This document shows positions 29,195-38,121 of a stretch of DNA of 64,000 bases, piece by piece. Below the pieces are notes generated by a model. It did not search any database. It saw nothing but the letters and a program-made list of their open reading frames with translations, and was not told the origin of the DNA. The stretch's first letter is position 1. Each line of letters opens with the position of its first letter. Both the position numbers and the translations under genes were made by a program. This DNA is from a virus, in IMG/VR virus record IMGVR_UViG_3300037826_000038, positions 4,766 to 68,765 of that record; one strand, written 5' to 3'.

Positions 29195-30529
29195 CTAACT
29201 ACATTCAGCGGCGTCGAAGCTGCTCTCCGGGTAGAAGCTGGTCTCAGCTGGATCCGGGCTCAGCGGGTCGAGGGCGCTGGTGCAGCGTACGTCCTGGAAC
29301 CGGACCTGTGCCCACGGCGCGTAGCAGAATAGACGCGGGTGCATCCACATACTCATCTGGATACACTCATTATCAAACCGTTTCTTGCCCAGCAACCGTC
29401 CGCCGTCTGCGGTGAAATAACCCATCGAGCTGTCGAGGTTCGTGCGGATGCGCTCAAGGGCCCTGGTCGCGTCCAGGTGCTCCCCTTCCCAAATGCGGAC
29501 GTTGCCTACGGACCCGGTCAGCACGTACATATCGCCCCGCGTTGGACCGGTGATCGTGTCCCAGTCGTAGGTGAGAATGGGGATGGGGAAGGAGTCAACC
29601 GTGATGTAGCCGTCGCCAAACAGGTTTTCCGGCACGTTGGCGATCAGTCCCTTGCGGAACTGACGGGCCTCATAGGTTTGCAGGTTGACCTCACTGTACT
29701 GTGATCCCTCGCAGACCGACCAGCAGGTGAAATAGTCAAGCAAACAGTCCTTGAGGAACGTCGGCAGCACCAGGATCATATCACCAATTTGCATCTGGTT
29801 CACTTGGTTCTGCAACCACTTGGACCAGGAGATACGCTGGCGAATCCGGCGAATCACGGAGATCAGCACGTCGATGATGTTGAAGGTGTTGGCGATGGCC
29901 GTCCCGTTGACCGTGATGCCAGCCCCACCGTCCATCACGTTATCATTCCAGTCAATCACGTAGGAGTTAAGCATCCCGCCGTGGGTTGTCGCCACCCACT
30001 GCTGGAGACCGTCAAACTGACCGGATACGGCGGCACTGCCCGAAACGAGGTCCTGGCGGATATCGTTCAGGAGCGTGTCGGTGGCGAAGAGCATATCCCA
30101 CTCGTCCTCGCTCTCCACAGGGGACCCATCGAGCCGATAGCGGGGACGGGTCTTGCAGTACCGGAGCGGCTTCACAATGTCGCGCACCGGACCGGACCGC
30201 CCGTACCGTCCGAAGTCCTCGACGGTCAGCTTGCGGGTTCCGAACTCAAACCCGTTAGGTGTGTCACACGGATCGGAGAGATACCCCGCCGTGTCGGTGC
30301 CCTGAAGAGTCTGCTCAGGTCGGACGTAGGTGATGAACTCGACGGACCGGTAGCACTCCTCGGTCACGTTGAACCCCATCCAGTCGAGTAGGGGAAGCTG
30401 TCCCCCAAACGACAGAGTCATGATCTCGTCCGTGCAGGCGTCGAAATAGTTGCAGCAGCCGAACGGGCTGGCGTGTGTGTCCAGGGTCAACCGCTGCCTG
30501 CGCGAAAGCGTGCGTGCGTTGCCTCTCAT
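29195..30529 (-). CDS. Major capsid protein
   Basis: 444 aa after scaffold/protease; GQFDGL motif; strong GGAGGT RBS; downstream hairpin. Confidence 0.75.
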   Translation of the reverse strand: MRGNARTLSRRQRLTLDTHASPFGCCNYFDACTDEIMTLSFGGQLPLLDWMGFNVTEECYRSVEFITYVRPEQTLQGTDTAGYLSDPCDTPNGFEFGTRKLTVEDFGRYGRSGPVRDIVKPLRYCKTRPRYRLDGSPVESEDEWDMLFATDTLLNDIRQDLVSGSAAVSGQFDGLQQWVATTHGGMLNSYVIDWNDNVMDGGAGITVNGTAIANTFNIIDVLISVIRRIRQRISWSKWLQNQVNQMQIGDMILVLPTFLKDCLLDYFTCWSVCEGSQYSEVNLQTYEARQFRKGLIANVPENLFGDGYITVDSFPIPILTYDWDTITGPTRGDMYVLTGSVGNVRIWEGEHLDATRALERIRTNLDSSMGYFTADGGRLLGKKRFDNECIQMSMWMHPRLFCYAPWAQVRFQDVRCTSALDPLSPDPAETSFYPESSFDAAECS

Positions 30530-30576
30530 AATTTTACCTCCATAAAGGAATCGTGTGGGTCAGCAGCCAGCGGTGG

Positions 30577-32280
30577 CTATTTCAGACCCTTCTCGGCCAG
30601 TAAATCCTCAACCTTCTTGCTGGTGTCGGGTTCGTCGTCGTCATCGTCATCGTCCTTGGCGCGTGCCTGGGACGGGCGGTGTAGGTCCAGAGCTTTGAAG
30701 GCGTCAGGAAGATCACTCTCCCATTCACGCTGTCGAGCTTCGGCCTCCCCCTCAAGCGCCTCAACCCGTGCCGTCAGAGTCTCGATCACCTCCGTCGCTT
30801 CGTTGAACGCTTCACCCAGGTCCGTGAGGGCTTGGGAGTGCTCAGGGACGATCTCGGCCAGCCGGGCAAGCAATACCTGCTCCGGGGCTGGGTCTTCGTC
30901 CGTGGGTTCGGTGCGGGTCTCAAGGTCCTGATGGTTTGGATTGTCGGAACCAGCGGTGTCACCGGGCTCGGGGTCCTCGTCGCCGTCCCCGGTCCGGGCA
31001 ATCATCCCCTCGTCCTGGATGCGCTGGTTGACGCGATCAGTGTTCTCCTGCATCCAAGCCTCGGCCGCATCCTTATCACCGCCAAACAGTTTCAAAAATG
31101 CCTCTCGTGCACGTCCTTCCAACATAATATCCTCCCCTTGCTCAATCTGTGTCGTCCGCGTGAACAGTGCGGCCACTTGGTCCTCAGGAGCGGTGCTGAT
31201 CTCCTCGATATATCCCTGTACAAAGACCGGTATCTCAATATCTTCCTCAATCCCCAACCGTAGTATCTCCGGTTCGGCGGTGGGATAATAGCCGATACTC
31301 TCCCCCCAGTAATCGGGGTCTTTTTGCCGGGCGGTGATCTCCCGTTGGGCAATCTCCGTGTCGTCATACAGCCCACTGGTGATTAACGTATAGCCGTCGC
31401 GGGCCAGGAAGTCGCATTGTCCGGTCCTGAATTGCTCGCCTTGGTGATAGAAAGTGCGGTAGGGATAGCCGTGCTCCTCGACATTCTCCGTGAAACTGTC
31501 AAACAGATCGGAGCCGTCAATCTCCCCAACCCGGTTCAGGACCGCCGTACAGGACACGGAAAACCACCGCCAACGCCCCTCTGCGGTACGCCGGATGGTG
31601 GTGGTCGTGCGTGCGGAGACCGGCTCGTGGACAATCATCACCTCGACCCACTCAGGGTTAAGCATCACCTCAGTCTCGTCGATGGTGAAGGGAATACGGT
31701 AGAGCTTGCCGTCCCATACCGCCAGGGCATACAAGGACCCGTCCTCGTGATAATAGTCCATAAAATACGCGCCGTCCCGTGCCTCGTAGACGGCTTCGTA
31801 GAGCATGTCCCAGACCCGGTACGAACTCAGGGCACGTTCTTCGCCCTCTGGCGGTTCCATCCCGGCTGCTTCATACACACTGTCAGGAGCAACTTCATCC
31901 ATCTGTTCATAGGCGGAGATGATCTCGGCGGCTGCGGACTGCACGGCGTCACCCCATTCGTCGTCGGGGATACCGGGGTTCTCGACGGCGGTGATACCCC
32001 GCCCCCCGGCTGCGGCATAGACAGCTTGATCGACGTAAGTCCCCGCGTCGTCCCCCGGCTCGCGGATAGGGAGCATACAGTGACTTTGCACCCAGTCCGC
32101 TTGTTCAGTGTTGCCGGCCTCGGCGTTGACGTTGATTAAGCAGTCCTGACAGTAGGCCGCCGTGTCCGGCCAGTTGGACGCCGATCCATCCCACTCGTCT
32201 ACCTGTTTGATCGCCCGTTGGTTGGGCTGAAAGATACGTTTAATGCGGTCCCACGCCTCGTCAATGGTTTTCGGTCTCAC
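30577..32280 (-). CDS. Prohead protease/scaffold protein
   Basis: NRVGEID, H, GESIGY, EEIS caudoviral protease-like pattern; acidic coiled-coil C-terminus. Confidence 0.65.
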   Translation of the reverse strand: MRPKTIDEAWDRIKRIFQPNQRAIKQVDEWDGSASNWPDTAAYCQDCLINVNAEAGNTEQADWVQSHCMLPIREPGDDAGTYVDQAVYAAAGGRGITAVENPGIPDDEWGDAVQSAAAEIISAYEQMDEVAPDSVYEAAGMEPPEGEERALSSYRVWDMLYEAVYEARDGAYFMDYYHEDGSLYALAVWDGKLYRIPFTIDETEVMLNPEWVEVMIVHEPVSARTTTTIRRTAEGRWRWFSVSCTAVLNRVGEIDGSDLFDSFTENVEEHGYPYRTFYHQGEQFRTGQCDFLARDGYTLITSGLYDDTEIAQREITARQKDPDYWGESIGYYPTAEPEILRLGIEEDIEIPVFVQGYIEEISTAPEDQVAALFTRTTQIEQGEDIMLEGRAREAFLKLFGGDKDAAEAWMQENTDRVNQRIQDEGMIARTGDGDEDPEPGDTAGSDNPNHQDLETRTEPTDEDPAPEQVLLARLAEIVPEHSQALTDLGEAFNEATEVIETLTARVEALEGEAEARQREWESDLPDAFKALDLHRPSQARAKDDDDDDDEPDTSKKVEDLLAEKGLK

Positions 32281-32295
32281 CGGCTACCTCCCTAA

Positions 32296-32394
32296 AACAC
32301 AAAAAAGGCCACGGACAACCTGCGGTCCATGGCCTCGGCGGGCTCAAATTACTGCTTCACTGTCTAGTTTAGCACACTTTCGTTAGGAACGCAA
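32296..32394 (-). promoter_or_regulatory. Sigma70-type promoter with terminator-containing leader before the head operon
   Basis: TTGCGT(32394-89)-17-TAAACT(32371-66) with TG; leader hairpin AGGCCATGGAC/GTCCGTGGCCT followed by TTTTT. Confidence 0.6.
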
Positions 32395-32396
32395 GG

Positions 32397-32498
32397 GCTT
32401 AGTACGTGAATACTATGCCAATCCGGGGCAATTTTAGGCAATTTCACAGATTGCCCCCCCAAAACCCCTATTTGCCCCTTGACATTTTAAGGTTTTAC
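32397..32498 (+). repeat. Early promoter cassette copy lacking its -10 box
   Basis: gcttagtac.tgaatactat..ggggcaattttaggcaattt..attgcc..tatttgccccTTGACA (32479-84); no TATAAT at 17 bp. Confidence 0.7.
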
Positions 32499-32585
32499 GG
32501 CCTTCAGATTCACAACTCGAACAATTGGCCCCTCGACGATCTGCTCACCAATCGTCCGCACGGTATATTTTTCTTCGGAGATGAG

Positions 32586-32837
32586 ATGGATCGCCCCCTG
32601 AGCCACAAAGTCATCGTCAAGATCGAGGACCTGGACACCAATAAGCTCTATGCATACCCAAGCATCCTCGCCGACGCCGCCGCGATGATCAAGGCGGAGT
32701 TGGTCGACGCCGAGCAGGCAGAGATCGCTCGGGAGCTGATGGCGGAGATCGAAGCCGTACCTTACGCTGAGTATGACGGCTCGTTTGCCGCCGAGTGGAT
32801 CTACACAGAGGACGTAGCCGCAGATATCATCAACTAG
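32586..32837 (+). CDS. Small acidic moron-like protein on the opposite strand within the head module
   Basis: GGAG RBS; flanked by promoter cassette and terminator. Confidence 0.55.
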   Translation: MDRPLSHKVIVKIEDLDTNKLYAYPSILADAAAMIKAELVDAEQAEIARELMAEIEAVPYAEYDGSFAAEWIYTEDVAADIIN

Positions 32838-32887
32838 ATTTGTTAGCCTAGCACCACAGGGGTGCTCCGTCGCCTCACCATCCAATC

Positions 32888-32920
32888 AAAAAGCCCCCTC
32901 AATCGAGGGGGCTTTTGTTT
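32888..32920. terminator. Bidirectional intrinsic terminator
   Basis: AAAAAGCCCCCTC-aatc-GAGGGGGCTTTTGTTT between convergent genes. Confidence 0.85.
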
Positions 32921-33037
32921 GTCATCCACCAGCCGTTATCTACCACACTGTAGCCACACGCCCTTAGCCGTTCGTAGGGGTCATGGTATAAATACCTATC
33001 TCCACACCAGAACCCCACAGGGACAGTCTAAGCCGTA

Positions 33038-33877
33038 TTAGAGAGCGACCGTCTTCCAGAGGTTGTACGCATCCGCGCATCCATCGCGCACGTATTGGCT
33101 GTCAGCATTGCCCATCGGCTCAGGGTGTTTTCGTCCCGGATCCACCAGCCTTGCCGCTTTCCCTGCGGTCTGTGGGTCAATGGTGAAGCGGGGTTGGGAC
33201 CACTGACCGATCCAGTGAAACAGAAAACCCAGTACCCGCCCCGGATCGTCAACCAAATCCTCTAGCTGTACGGTCAGCCAGCGGTTGGCGTCCAGTTTGG
33301 AGAACTCTACCCACGCTTGTTCCATCAGGGTATTGTACCACTCTACAAACGCCTCCGGGTCGCGGGGTCCCCAGTTCTTTGTCAGCACACTGGCGCACAC
33401 GTCTACCGGGTCACGGATGATATGCACGAACAGGGAGCCGGGGAATACCTGCTCCAACCAGTCAGCAAAGCACATGGTATGCGGGGTCTTGTGAACGGTT
33501 TGAGTCGTGCCGTTGACGGCGTGTGTTAGCCCAAACAGAGCGCGGGTGAACCTACGCACGAACAGGCTACGTTGGTTTGTTGAGGTGATGGCCGAGACGT
33601 TCTTGCCGATCTCCACGATCATATTAGGTTTGTAAAGCAATGGGGCTTGGGGGAGCACTCCAAACCGCTTGAGGTTGTGGGTCATTTTGTTGGCAAATAA
33701 GTAGGCCACGTTCTCCACGAAGTCGCTGCGGGTGATTGAGTTATCAACATAGTCAACGGCCCCGCCGTGATCAATCAGAAAACGGGGCTCGATAAACGCA
33801 GAAATCGCGGGGTCCTCGTTCAGCATCCGTGCCAACAACGTCGTGCCGCACCGCCCGGTCCCGGCTATAAAGATCAT
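33038..33877 (-). CDS. Sulfotransferase (Sulfotransfer_3-like)
   Basis: IFIAGTGRCGTT 5'-PSB loop, KTPH, HIIRDPVDVCAS 3'-PB, EDLVDDP. Confidence 0.88.
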   Translation of the reverse strand: MIFIAGTGRCGTTLLARMLNEDPAISAFIEPRFLIDHGGAVDYVDNSITRSDFVENVAYLFANKMTHNLKRFGVLPQAPLLYKPNMIVEIGKNVSAITSTNQRSLFVRRFTRALFGLTHAVNGTTQTVHKTPHTMCFADWLEQVFPGSLFVHIIRDPVDVCASVLTKNWGPRDPEAFVEWYNTLMEQAWVEFSKLDANRWLTVQLEDLVDDPGRVLGFLFHWIGQWSQPRFTIDPQTAGKAARLVDPGRKHPEPMGNADSQYVRDGCADAYNLWKTVAL

Positions 33878-34548
33878 TGATCCTCTCCTGTCTGTATGCG
33901 TGCCATCATATCCAATACCTTATCCGGTGCTCCTACGAACCCGGCCAACCCAGCCACTTCGTCCTCGGCGTGACTACCCATTAACCGTTCGTAGGACACG
34001 TTGAACCGGATGGCACCGTATCGCTCAAAAAACACCCGGATATGGAGCCAGTAGGTGTCTACCAAATCCGACCAGTCCTGTGCGGACCGGTCACCCAAAT
34101 TAGTGCCCTCGTGCCTCCGTAGCAAACTGTCTACGATGTCCTGCTTGCGACGTTGGACCACCACGTAGAACGGGGTGCAGTTTTCGAGCAGCAGGACGGG
34201 ATGCCACGCAAACGAGGTCAGGGCGTTGCGCGGGTCCTTCCATCCCCACTCCGGGTAGCGTGTGCTGCGCTTCTGGACCAGACTCCGCATCGTTCGGGTG
34301 ATTAACGGCCCCGCTGCATCAATTACGCGCCAGGGTTGGGGTGGATTATGCCAGTTGCCCCGCGCTCGCGCGAGGATTAAACGGTTTAGGTCCACAAAAT
34401 CAACATCCTCGTGATAGCCATACGGCTGCGTCGCGTCGTGTCCCCCACAGCGGTTGACACACATTGGGACCCCTGCTGTCCGCAGCATCGAGGATACCAG
34501 ACTGGTCCCGGATCGGTGCATACCTAGAACCACGTAGACCATACTCAT
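33874..34548 (-). CDS. Sulfotransferase family protein
   Basis: VLGMHRSGTS, WGWKDPR, SYERL; ATGA overlap with the GT gene. Confidence 0.88.
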   Translation of the reverse strand: MSMVYVVLGMHRSGTSLVSSMLRTAGVPMCVNRCGGHDATQPYGYHEDVDFVDLNRLILARARGNWHNPPQPWRVIDAAGPLITRTMRSLVQKRSTRYPEWGWKDPRNALTSFAWHPVLLLENCTPFYVVVQRRKQDIVDSLLRRHEGTNLGDRSAQDWSDLVDTYWLHIRVFFERYGAIRFNVSYERLMGSHAEDEVAGLAGFVGAPDKVLDMMARIQTGEDQ

Positions 34549-35192
34549 AAGGCTTGCCCCTTTCGGTGCCAGTGGGTCCCATACCGAGACCGGGTCCCTT
34601 TCGTTTTGTGGTGAATATACTCGTCTATCGGGAAGTGCTGGGGGCGGTGTCCCCACCGCATTGCGCGCCGTTGGTTGCGGAGCGCCGGTGCGCCGTGCGG
34701 TTCAAATGGGGGATAGGCCATGTACGTTGACCGGTGCCACAACGCCGCGCAGGGGTGACAGTAAGAGATACCCTGCCCTGTCAGAAGCCGGTGTCCTGTG
34801 TCATCAACCTGCACGACCCGACCCACCACATACACCTCGGGATCGGTCATCATTTGGAGCATCGGCCGCAGGAACTCACCCCGTTTGACCTCGGTGTCAC
34901 TGTCCAGCGAAAAGAAGAAGGGCGTCCGGGTTTCCATCACCCCGGCGTGCAAGCCCGGTCCGTGCCCTTTGTTCTCCATCAGCCACACCCCTTTCGTCTG
35001 CGGGTGTAGTTCGGCCCATCGATGGATCATGTTCGCTGAATTATCGTGGCTACCATTGTCCACGACGATCACCGCGATCTCCGGGTAGTAATACCGCAAG
35101 GACTGATAGCAGGTTGTGGTCAAATCCGGGGTCTGGTAGTTTACGATGATGAAGGTCACGTCACTCAGGCTCGGAACCATTCTCCCATCCAT
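34545..35192 (-). CDS. GT2 glycosyltransferase
   Basis: IIVNYQT, VVDNGSHD, ENKGHG, LDSD. Confidence 0.9.
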   Translation of the reverse strand: MDGRMVPSLSDVTFIIVNYQTPDLTTTCYQSLRYYYPEIAVIVVDNGSHDNSANMIHRWAELHPQTKGVWLMENKGHGPGLHAGVMETRTPFFFSLDSDTEVKRGEFLRPMLQMMTDPEVYVVGRVVQVDDTGHRLLTGQGISYCHPCAALWHRSTYMAYPPFEPHGAPALRNQRRAMRWGHRPQHFPIDEYIHHKTKGTRSRYGTHWHRKGQAL

Positions 35193-35403
35193 TCTCTAGT
35201 ATGTCTACCAATTCCTGACAACTGATGCTAACCAATTCAGTTCCCCGCTGGCGGGTGCGGTCACTATTGCGTTTATCCTTTAGCAGTATAAGCAGTTGCC
35301 CCCCCTGCTCGATGCGCTGGCAAAGGGGGATGCCGTCAACACGCACCAGTCCATCGTCGTCAATCTCGATGGCGTGCTGTCCGACACGTTTGACTCGGCT
35401 CAC
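35161..35403 (-). CDS. Hypothetical protein
   Basis: GTGA overlap with the upstream gene stop. Confidence 0.55.
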   Translation of the reverse strand: MSRVKRVGQHAIEIDDDGLVRVDGIPLCQRIEQGGQLLILLKDKRNSDRTRQRGTELVSISCQELVDILENGWENGSEPE

Positions 35404-36242
35404 GAATACTCCAAATGACACGCACACGATGTCAAGCAGATTGTGTCACCTGAGCCGGGAATGGCAATGTTTCCTGTTGACGGAGCGATAAAGTCCTCAT
35501 CCAGGAGGATAGCTTCCTGATCGGCCAACGCTAGACAGTCCTCGCAGTGTTCAGCGGGTCCCAGCACCCACGTCTTGTCCGTGTACCCAAACTCCGGGGC
35601 GCGCCGGGCACGGGCCCGTTCGTACGCTTCACGGCTAGAGTTGATATACATACGGGCCCGGTTGGCAATCTGTCCCACCGATAACTCGTCGGCTGGGGTC
35701 AACCGCAGGTCATCATACCAGTCCTCTAGGTAGCGGTACTGATCGGCGATCATCCCCCCCACCGACCCCCAGTCCTCTTGCGTCATCGTGTTCCGGCCCC
35801 CGGCTCCTTGGAGGTACTGGGTGATGTAATTGTCCTTGATCTCCTGTCGGAGTAAGCGCCGGAAGTCGGCGGGGGACACCTGCTGATCGGTCAACATCTC
35901 AGCCATGCCGTCTGCAACGTTGGCGCTTGACGTGACCATATTCTCCATCAGCGCACGGGCGGCCTCGGTGCTCATAATCTGCCCGGTTTCGGTGTTCCGG
36001 TAGCCGGATCCCCCTAGCCGGGGATCGTACACCCAGCCCCCGGTTTGGCGGTACACCCGGCTCAGCACCACGCCGTTCGCCTGCTCAAAGGCGTCGCTCT
36101 CACACTCGTCGGCATCCCCGCCCCCATCTACGCAGTCCTCGTAGACACTGTTGAAGACCGCCACCCACTGGGAGCGGTCGTCGCTGGACAGATCCTGCAC
36201 GTATGTGGGCAGGTCTGCGTCATTGTCTCCACTATAAGGCAT
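35400..36242 (-). CDS. Head morphogenesis (MuF-like) protein with N-terminal ChaB-like domain
   Basis: MPY..LPTYVQ.L....QWVAVFNSVY (ChaB); QYRYL; AEHCEDC..CLTSCACHL. Confidence 0.75.
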   Translation of the reverse strand: MPYSGDNDADLPTYVQDLSSDDRSQWVAVFNSVYEDCVDGGGDADECESDAFEQANGVVLSRVYRQTGGWVYDPRLGGSGYRNTETGQIMSTEAARALMENMVTSSANVADGMAEMLTDQQVSPADFRRLLRQEIKDNYITQYLQGAGGRNTMTQEDWGSVGGMIADQYRYLEDWYDDLRLTPADELSVGQIANRARMYINSSREAYERARARRAPEFGYTDKTWVLGPAEHCEDCLALADQEAILLDEDFIAPSTGNIAIPGSGDTICLTSCACHLEYS

Positions 36243-36435
36243 CGTGTTCTCTCAAGGCTACGGCCAGGGGGGGCAACCCCTGCCGGGTGCGGCATTCGGT
36301 CTGGTCGTCAAAACACTCCCGACACAACCAACCTCCGTCCCGTAAGTGGATAACCTCTAATCTCTCAAGGGACCGGTGACAGTCCCGGCATACATATCGG
36401 ATCCGGGCAATGGCGCTGATCGGTTGCTGACTCAC
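36232..36435 (-). CDS. Small zinc-ribbon protein
   Basis: CRDC..CREC; overlaps portal stop and MuF start. Confidence 0.55.
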   Translation of the reverse strand: MSQQPISAIARIRYVCRDCHRSLERLEVIHLRDGGWLCRECFDDQTECRTRQGLPPLAVALREHDAL

Positions 36436-38105
36436 GGTTCCTCCCTCTCGTCCTCGGCCTCAAGCAAGCCCCGGTATTCCTGGGGCTGTCTGCGTTCCCA
36501 CTTGGCAATCGCCCGTTCCACATCCTCGACTGTGATCTCCACGCTGTCGTCGTCGCTCTCGTACAGGACCTCCGGCTCGCTCTGCCTCGCCACGGTACGG
36601 CTGGGGATGGAGTAGACCCGTTCGGGATACAAGGCGTCGGCTCCCGTCCACCACAGAACATCTAAGACGTTCTCCGGGTATCTGTACCGGACAATCGGCT
36701 CGGTCTTGTACCGCTCGCACGCCAGACGCACCCGCCCTTTACTGAGCAACCGTTCCTTCTCCTGCTTGCGGAGCCGGGTTTCTGCCTCGGAGTCATCGGT
36801 GTCGGTGGTCGTCACGTCCTCCTCCGGCAGCGTCCAGTCATCGAGAATGTAACCCCGTTGTGCGTAGAGGAACCGGCGTTCCTCGCGGGTTAGGGTTTCC
36901 ATCCCCTGGACGGGAGACTCGCTCATTGCGTTCACGGCTTCGCTGTATGCCTGTATAGCCTCAGCTTCAGCTTGTAACCCCGCGTCGTCCCGCTGCTCGA
37001 ACTCAAAATGCAGGGACGAGGGCAACTCCCGCTGAAACTTGTCCTGCCAGGACAGCACGAAGTCTAATTCACCCTTGGCGCTGGCCTTCACTGCCTGCAT
37101 CTCGGTCTCCCGTCCGGTGCCCAGGGTGCCCCCACTGACCGGCCAGAACTCGCGGGGATCGTACCCCGCCTCAAGCGCATAGGCATACATTAGCACATCG
37201 ACAAACTCGGTCAGGTCAAAGTCGCGGGGCAACTGGGAGAACGACAGCAGCTTGCCGTCAACGTCCCCCTCACCCCCTAATGTCATTACACCCCTAAAAA
37301 ACTCACGCTCCCGTTGAGTGAGTTGGGCGTCGTTATACTCCAAGGCGTCCTCCCACTGTTTTTGCGAAATGCCTTGCAGGAGCAGCAAGCCCTTGGGCAT
37401 CATCGAGAACAGCATCTCCCGGTCGTGCCGGAAGACCGCCACCATAATAGCCGCCAGTTCTACGCACCGGCTGACAAACGAGTAGCCCAGTTCGTGCTTA
37501 GTTTCGTCGGTGGTTGGCATCGACACGCACCGGAAGAAGTCGGTAGGGAGCCAGTCTTGGGGTTTGCCGGTAGCCGAAGGGTCGTATTCCAGGGGGGCGT
37601 CAGGGTTGCCGGTCAGTTTGCACCGGGCGGGGTCCACAGACCAGATGGCCGTCAGAGGACCGGTCTCCGCGCCGGACCGCCCAATCTCCGTCACCGCTCC
37701 CAGGTCGCTTGTCCAGTACGACTCACTTTGCAGGTAGGCGTACCGCCGCCAGCCGGTTCCCTCGTGGGCGTTACGCAGAACCCGCGTGTACCGGGCCACT
37801 TGGTTGCGCCCCCCGATAAACGACCAACCCCGGTTCTTGTCAATGGCGGTGATGGTGTTCACGACCCCTGCTAACAATGGCTCCTGCTTCCAGAAATTAC
37901 GCAGCCACTTGTCGCGTTCGCGGGAATCTTCTCCCCACGAAGGCACGTCTAAGACCATCTCCTTGGACCACCGCTCTAGTTGGTGATACCAGCGCCGCAT
38001 GCCTGCTGTGGTCATGGAAAACCGGGGTTGCCGGCTCTCACTGTCGGCCCGTTGGATCATCTGGTCTACTGCCTGTTCTGCGCGTTTAATGCGTCCCTTT
38101 GCCAT
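36432..38105 (-). CDS. Portal protein
   Basis: 557 aa after TerL; VDP, GYS, PKGLL, GYDPREF, LTREERR patterns. Confidence 0.85.
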   Translation of the reverse strand: MAKGRIKRAEQAVDQMIQRADSESRQPRFSMTTAGMRRWYHQLERWSKEMVLDVPSWGEDSRERDKWLRNFWKQEPLLAGVVNTITAIDKNRGWSFIGGRNQVARYTRVLRNAHEGTGWRRYAYLQSESYWTSDLGAVTEIGRSGAETGPLTAIWSVDPARCKLTGNPDAPLEYDPSATGKPQDWLPTDFFRCVSMPTTDETKHELGYSFVSRCVELAAIMVAVFRHDREMLFSMMPKGLLLLQGISQKQWEDALEYNDAQLTQREREFFRGVMTLGGEGDVDGKLLSFSQLPRDFDLTEFVDVLMYAYALEAGYDPREFWPVSGGTLGTGRETEMQAVKASAKGELDFVLSWQDKFQRELPSSLHFEFEQRDDAGLQAEAEAIQAYSEAVNAMSESPVQGMETLTREERRFLYAQRGYILDDWTLPEEDVTTTDTDDSEAETRLRKQEKERLLSKGRVRLACERYKTEPIVRYRYPENVLDVLWWTGADALYPERVYSIPSRTVARQSEPEVLYESDDDSVEITVEDVERAIAKWERRQPQEYRGLLEAEDEREEP

Positions 38106-38121
38106 TATGTCTCTAACTCCT

